This document shows positions 60,352 to 64,000 of a stretch of 64,000 nt of DNA, piece after piece; the first letter of the stretch is position 1; every line of letters starts with the position of its first letter. Below the pieces are notes generated by a model that was not told the origin of the DNA, searched no databases, and worked only from the letters and a program-made list of their open reading frames with translations. Origin of the DNA: Obrimoposthia wandeli (Eukaryota); the NCBI GenBank assembly GCA_977020255.1, contig CDROCS010000122.1, positions 62,001 to 126,000 on the forward strand, given 5' to 3'. The position numbers and the translations under genes were made by a program.

Positions 60352-63135
60352 TTGATAAAGGTTCTTCCTGTGCACATTAGCCCCAACGACCATAAGCAAT
60401 ACCGCTATTTGACCTTAGCTAATGAGCTCAAGGTACTTTTAGTGCACGATGCCGATGCACCACGCTCAGCGGCAGCATTATCCGTTCAGATCGGTCACTT
60501 TGATGATCCTGATGATCGACAAGGGATGGCGCATTTTCTCGAACATATGCTGTTTTTAGGGACCAAAAAGTACCCGCGTATCGGTGAATTCCAAACCTTC
60601 ATAAACCGCAGCGGTGGCAGTAATAATGCGTGGACAGGCACAGAAAATACGACCTTTTTCTTTGAAGTTAGCCCCCATGCTTTTGAAGAAGGACTAGATC
60701 GCTTTGGTCAATTTTTCACCGCGCCATTATTTAATGAAGAAGCCGTCGATAAAGAACGTCAAGCTGTTGATTCAGAATATAAATTAAAACTAAAAGATGA
60801 CGTGCGACGTCTTTATCAAGTGCATAAAGAAACCATTAATCCCACCCACCCTTTTACTAAATTTTCTGTGGGTGATTTAACCACGCTAGATGATCGAAGT
60901 AATACGTCGATTAGAGATGAGTTATTAGATTTTTATCAAACACATTATTCAGCAAATCGAATGGGCTTGGTGCTGTTAGGCTCCCAATCGCTGGATGAAC
61001 TGGAAGCATATACTCAGGATTTCTTCAGTCATATCAATAATACGGGGCTAGCGAAACCAGACATACCAGTACCGCTTGTCACCGAAAAGGAAACTAAACA
61101 ATTTATTCAGATTGAACCGATAAAAGATGTTCGTAAGCTCACGTTATCTTTTACCATGCCATCGGTAGATGCCTATTATCAGCAAAAACCGCTGTCTTAC
61201 ATCGCCCATATGTTGGGTAATGAAGGCGCAGGCAGCTTGATGTCAGTCTTAAAAGATCGAGGCCTGATTAATAGTTTATCCGCTGGTGGTGGTGTCAATG
61301 GCAGCAATTTTCGCGAGTTTACCATTAGCTTGAACTTAACACTCAAAGGTCTTGAATATACCGATGATATTGTTAAGTCCGTATTCCAGTACATTGCCTT
61401 AATACAGCAGCAAGGCATGGAAGAATGGCGCTATGAAGAGAAAAAATCGGTTTTAGAACTGGCATTTCGCTACCAAGAAAAAAGCCGACCACTTGATACG
61501 GTAAGCTACTTGGTAATGAACTTACTGCATTATGTACCGGATGATGTCATTTATGGTGATTACATGATGGCAGGCTACAATGAACCGTTAATTCGTGAAC
61601 TACTGACCTACTTACGCCCAGAAAACATGCGCTTAGTACTAGCAGCTCAAGGCGGTCATTACGACCAAACGGCACTCTGGTATGACACGCCCTACTCTGT
61701 AACACCTTTCACAAGTAAGCAATTAACGAACTGGATGAATGTTGTTCTCGACCCTGAACACCTTTTGCCAGAGAAAAACCCGTACCTCTGTGAACGCCTT
61801 ACCCCTCATGAGCTCACACCTGAATCAGAATTACCCCCACAGTTAATTCAAGATTTACCCGGCTTTCGCCTTTGGTATAAGCAAGAACATGATTTTCGCG
61901 TACCGAAAGGGGTGATTTACGTTGCTATCGATAGTCCTCACGCGGTTAATTCGCCCCGTAATATTGTCAAAACACGTTTATGTGTAGAAATGCTGCTTGA
62001 AGCGATAAACGAAAAAGCCTACCCCGCTGAAATTGCGGGTATGTCATATAATTTATACGCGCATCAAGGCGGTGTAACACTGCAACTGTCTGGCTTCAGT
62101 GAAAAACAGCCCTTATTGATGAAGTTGATATTGGAATGCTTTGCCAGCCGTAAATTCGATAAAGATCGTTTCACGAACATCAAAGCACAAATGCTACGTA
62201 ACTGGCGTAATGCGGCAGAAGATAAGCCCATCTCACAGCTTTTTAATGAGCTTACTGGCTTACTTCAACCCAATAACCCGCCCTACCCGGTATTAATTGA
62301 AGCACTTGAATCTATCGATGTTGATGAGCTTCCGTCTTTTGTTGAATCAATGTTTGCAGAGCTGCACATTGATACCTTTGTTTACGGAAATTGGTTAAAA
62401 GAAGACACGCTAAAGTTAGCTGAAATACTGAAAGATGCATTCCGTGTTACCGATCAGCTTTATGGCGAATCCCAACGACCACTGGTTCAGCTTAATAAGT
62501 CAGGTACGCTACATTACGAAATCAATGGCAAGCATGCCGATTCCGCGATTCTAATGTATTACCAATCACGTGAAGTTACCCCGCGTAAAATTGCGGTATA
62601 CACGTTAGCCAATCATTTAATGTCGACAACGTTCTTCCATGAGCTAAGAACGAAGCAACAGTTAGGCTATATGGTCGGTACCGCCAATTTACCCCTAAAC
62701 CGTCACCCCGGTTTAATTTTATATATTCAATCTCCAGTAGCGGGTCCACTACTGTTATCTGAGGCTATCGACGATTTTACCAATGCCTTCTCGCTCGTAT
62801 TATTAGAGCTAAATGAAGAACAATGGCTAGCAAGTAAACAAGGGCTAATCGCGCAAATCTCAGAGCCTGATACCAACCTTCGTAGCCGTGCGCAGCGGTT
62901 CTGGGTCAGCATCGGCAATAAAGACGAAACATTTAGCCAGCGTAAAAACGTCGTTGAAGCACTCAAAAATGTAAGCCGTGCCGATATGGTGCGATTTATC
63001 GTCGATATTATAAAACCACGTACCGCAAACCGTGTAGTGATGCATTACCAAGGCCAAGCACATCAAAACTTTGAACCGTTGGATATAGGTCAACCCATTG
63101 AATCAATAACTGAGTTCCAGCAAAACGCACGTTAA
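60352..63135 (+). CDS. M16 insulinase/pitrilysin-family peptidase (start may be GTG 60370)
   Basis: HFLEHMLF HxxEH motif, NAWT, ELRTKQQLGY. Confidence 0.93.
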   Translation: MIKVLPVHISPNDHKQYRYLTLANELKVLLVHDADAPRSAAALSVQIGHFDDPDDRQGMAHFLEHMLFLGTKKYPRIGEFQTFINRSGGSNNAWTGTENTTFFFEVSPHAFEEGLDRFGQFFTAPLFNEEAVDKERQAVDSEYKLKLKDDVRRLYQVHKETINPTHPFTKFSVGDLTTLDDRSNTSIRDELLDFYQTHYSANRMGLVLLGSQSLDELEAYTQDFFSHINNTGLAKPDIPVPLVTEKETKQFIQIEPIKDVRKLTLSFTMPSVDAYYQQKPLSYIAHMLGNEGAGSLMSVLKDRGLINSLSAGGGVNGSNFREFTISLNLTLKGLEYTDDIVKSVFQYIALIQQQGMEEWRYEEKKSVLELAFRYQEKSRPLDTVSYLVMNLLHYVPDDVIYGDYMMAGYNEPLIRELLTYLRPENMRLVLAAQGGHYDQTALWYDTPYSVTPFTSKQLTNWMNVVLDPEHLLPEKNPYLCERLTPHELTPESELPPQLIQDLPGFRLWYKQEHDFRVPKGVIYVAIDSPHAVNSPRNIVKTRLCVEMLLEAINEKAYPAEIAGMSYNLYAHQGGVTLQLSGFSEKQPLLMKLILECFASRKFDKDRFTNIKAQMLRNWRNAAEDKPISQLFNELTGLLQPNNPPYPVLIEALESIDVDELPSFVESMFAELHIDTFVYGNWLKEDTLKLAEILKDAFRVTDQLYGESQRPLVQLNKSGTLHYEINGKHADSAILMYYQSREVTPRKIAVYTLANHLMSTTFFHELRTKQQLGYMVGTANLPLNRHPGLILYIQSPVAGPLLLSEAIDDFTNAFSLVLLELNEEQWLASKQGLIAQISEPDTNLRSRAQRFWVSIGNKDETFSQRKNVVEALKNVSRADMVRFIVDIIKPRTANRVVMHYQGQAHQNFEPLDIGQPIESITEFQQNAR

Positions 63136-63301
63136 AGCTAGCGACTTTTACAACCTTCATTACGGCATTTATGCAGTAATGAATACGTATATAGAAGGAT
63201 ATAAGCACTTATAAAAAAGGTCTGCCGCTATAAGAAACAGGGCAGACCTTTTGAATGCACATTTTGAATAACAAATGGCACATATTCAGATTTTATAGGC
63301 G

Positions 63302-64000
63302 CTATGAATAGAAAGATTGCTCTTCATTCGCCATCGCAACCAACTTATTACACGGTGCAAAACGCTTACCGTATTTGTCTGAATGATCCTTCAGCATTTC
63401 GACTACCCTTTTAGCCCCCAACGTATCCATATAACGGAATGGACCACCAAGGAATGGCGGAAAGCCAATGCCGAAGATTGCGCCGATATCACCATCACGT
63501 GCTGATTTAATAACACCTTCATCAAGGCATCGTGCCGCTTCATTCAACATCATTAGCGTACATCGCAGCGCAATATCTTGCCCCGCAGCTTTTTGCGATG
63601 GCTCTAGAGAAAGCAGCTTATAAACACTTTTATCGACTTCTTTCTTCTTCGTATTGTATAGGTAGAATCCTTTGCCGCTCTTACGTCCTTTACGACCATC
63701 ACTCAGTAATAGATCGAACACATCAGGCGCTTTAAATCGTTCGCCTAATTCAGCCAATAATATCGGGCTGATCTTCGCACCAATATCGACACCGACTTCA
63801 TCAAGCAAGGTTATCGGCCCTACAGGGAAACCGAAATCCAATAATGAACGATCGATATGTTCGATAGGCTCACCGCTTAATAACACGGCAGCGGCTTCAT
63901 TCATATATGGCGCTAAAATGCGGTTAACATAAAAACCCGCTTTATCAGCGACAACAATGGGGGTTTTACCCTGCTTCTTCGCCAAAGCAACAACCGTTGC
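63302..64000 (-). CDS. fadJ: Fatty-acid oxidation complex alpha subunit FadJ, 3' part
   Basis: [39 protein letters not shown]; next to sixA. Confidence 0.9.
   Translation of the reverse strand, partial: ATVVALAKKQGKTPIVVADKAGFYVNRILAPYMNEAAAVLLSGEPIEHIDRSLLDFGFPVGPITLLDEVGVDIGAKISPILLAELGERFKAPDVFDLLLSDGRKGRKSGKGFYLYNTKKKEVDKSVYKLLSLEPSQKAAGQDIALRCTLMMLNEAARCLDEGVIKSARDGDIGAIFGIGFPPFLGGPFRYMDTLGAKRVVEMLKDHSDKYGKRFAPCNKLVAMANEEQSFYS

Noticed and set aside
1-64000. Many short antisense or overlapping ORFs in the track (e.g. 4367-4558, 22868-23203, 37959-38543, 48061-48582, 53562-53960)
   Set aside because: They lie on the opposite strand of well-supported genes and have shadow-ORF composition.
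1-64000. tRNA, rRNA, IS transposases, integrases, phage genes
   Set aside because: None were recognised.

Overview
AT-rich Vibrionaceae chromosome segment, most likely Photobacterium (OmpH-type porin, htpG-toxRS arrangement). Two core blocks are present. The left block (1-14.6 kb) holds htpG (5' part), toxRS, a porin, recR-ybaB-dnaX-apt-ybaN, ompH and dinG-(TSUP relic)-priC-ybaM. The right block (47.7-64 kb) holds the SRP RNA ffs, ybaZ/ybaY/tesB, mdlAB, decR-cdsH, queC, prmB/smrB, sixA, an insulinase-family peptidase and fadJ (3' part). Between them lie about 33 kb of accessory DNA: a repeat-tailed lipoprotein, a MarR/CDF metal exporter, a cusCBA copper cluster with CueR-type promoters, nimT/nimR, a DUF885 lipoprotein, an amidinotransferase locus with AraC/SSS/DMT genes, a divergent pstSCAB-like operon, an Iap-like peptidase, an SGNH hydrolase and a BCCT transporter. 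The main hidden result is a stack of eroded Tn7-like transposon relics directly downstream of ffs, most likely type I-F3 CRISPR-associated: three right-end copies with TnsB-type sites, two tnsA pseudogenes and a left-end-like sequence. No cas gene or CRISPR array was seen. Other hidden features are a stand-alone amidinotransferase uptake locus with an unannotated coupled 50-aa membrane gene, a candidate copper-sensing RPP-terminated leader protein before cusCBA, several unannotated small proteins and pseudogenes, and an intact dnaX -1 frameshift signal. All family assignments are by motif recognition from memory; no database searches were run.
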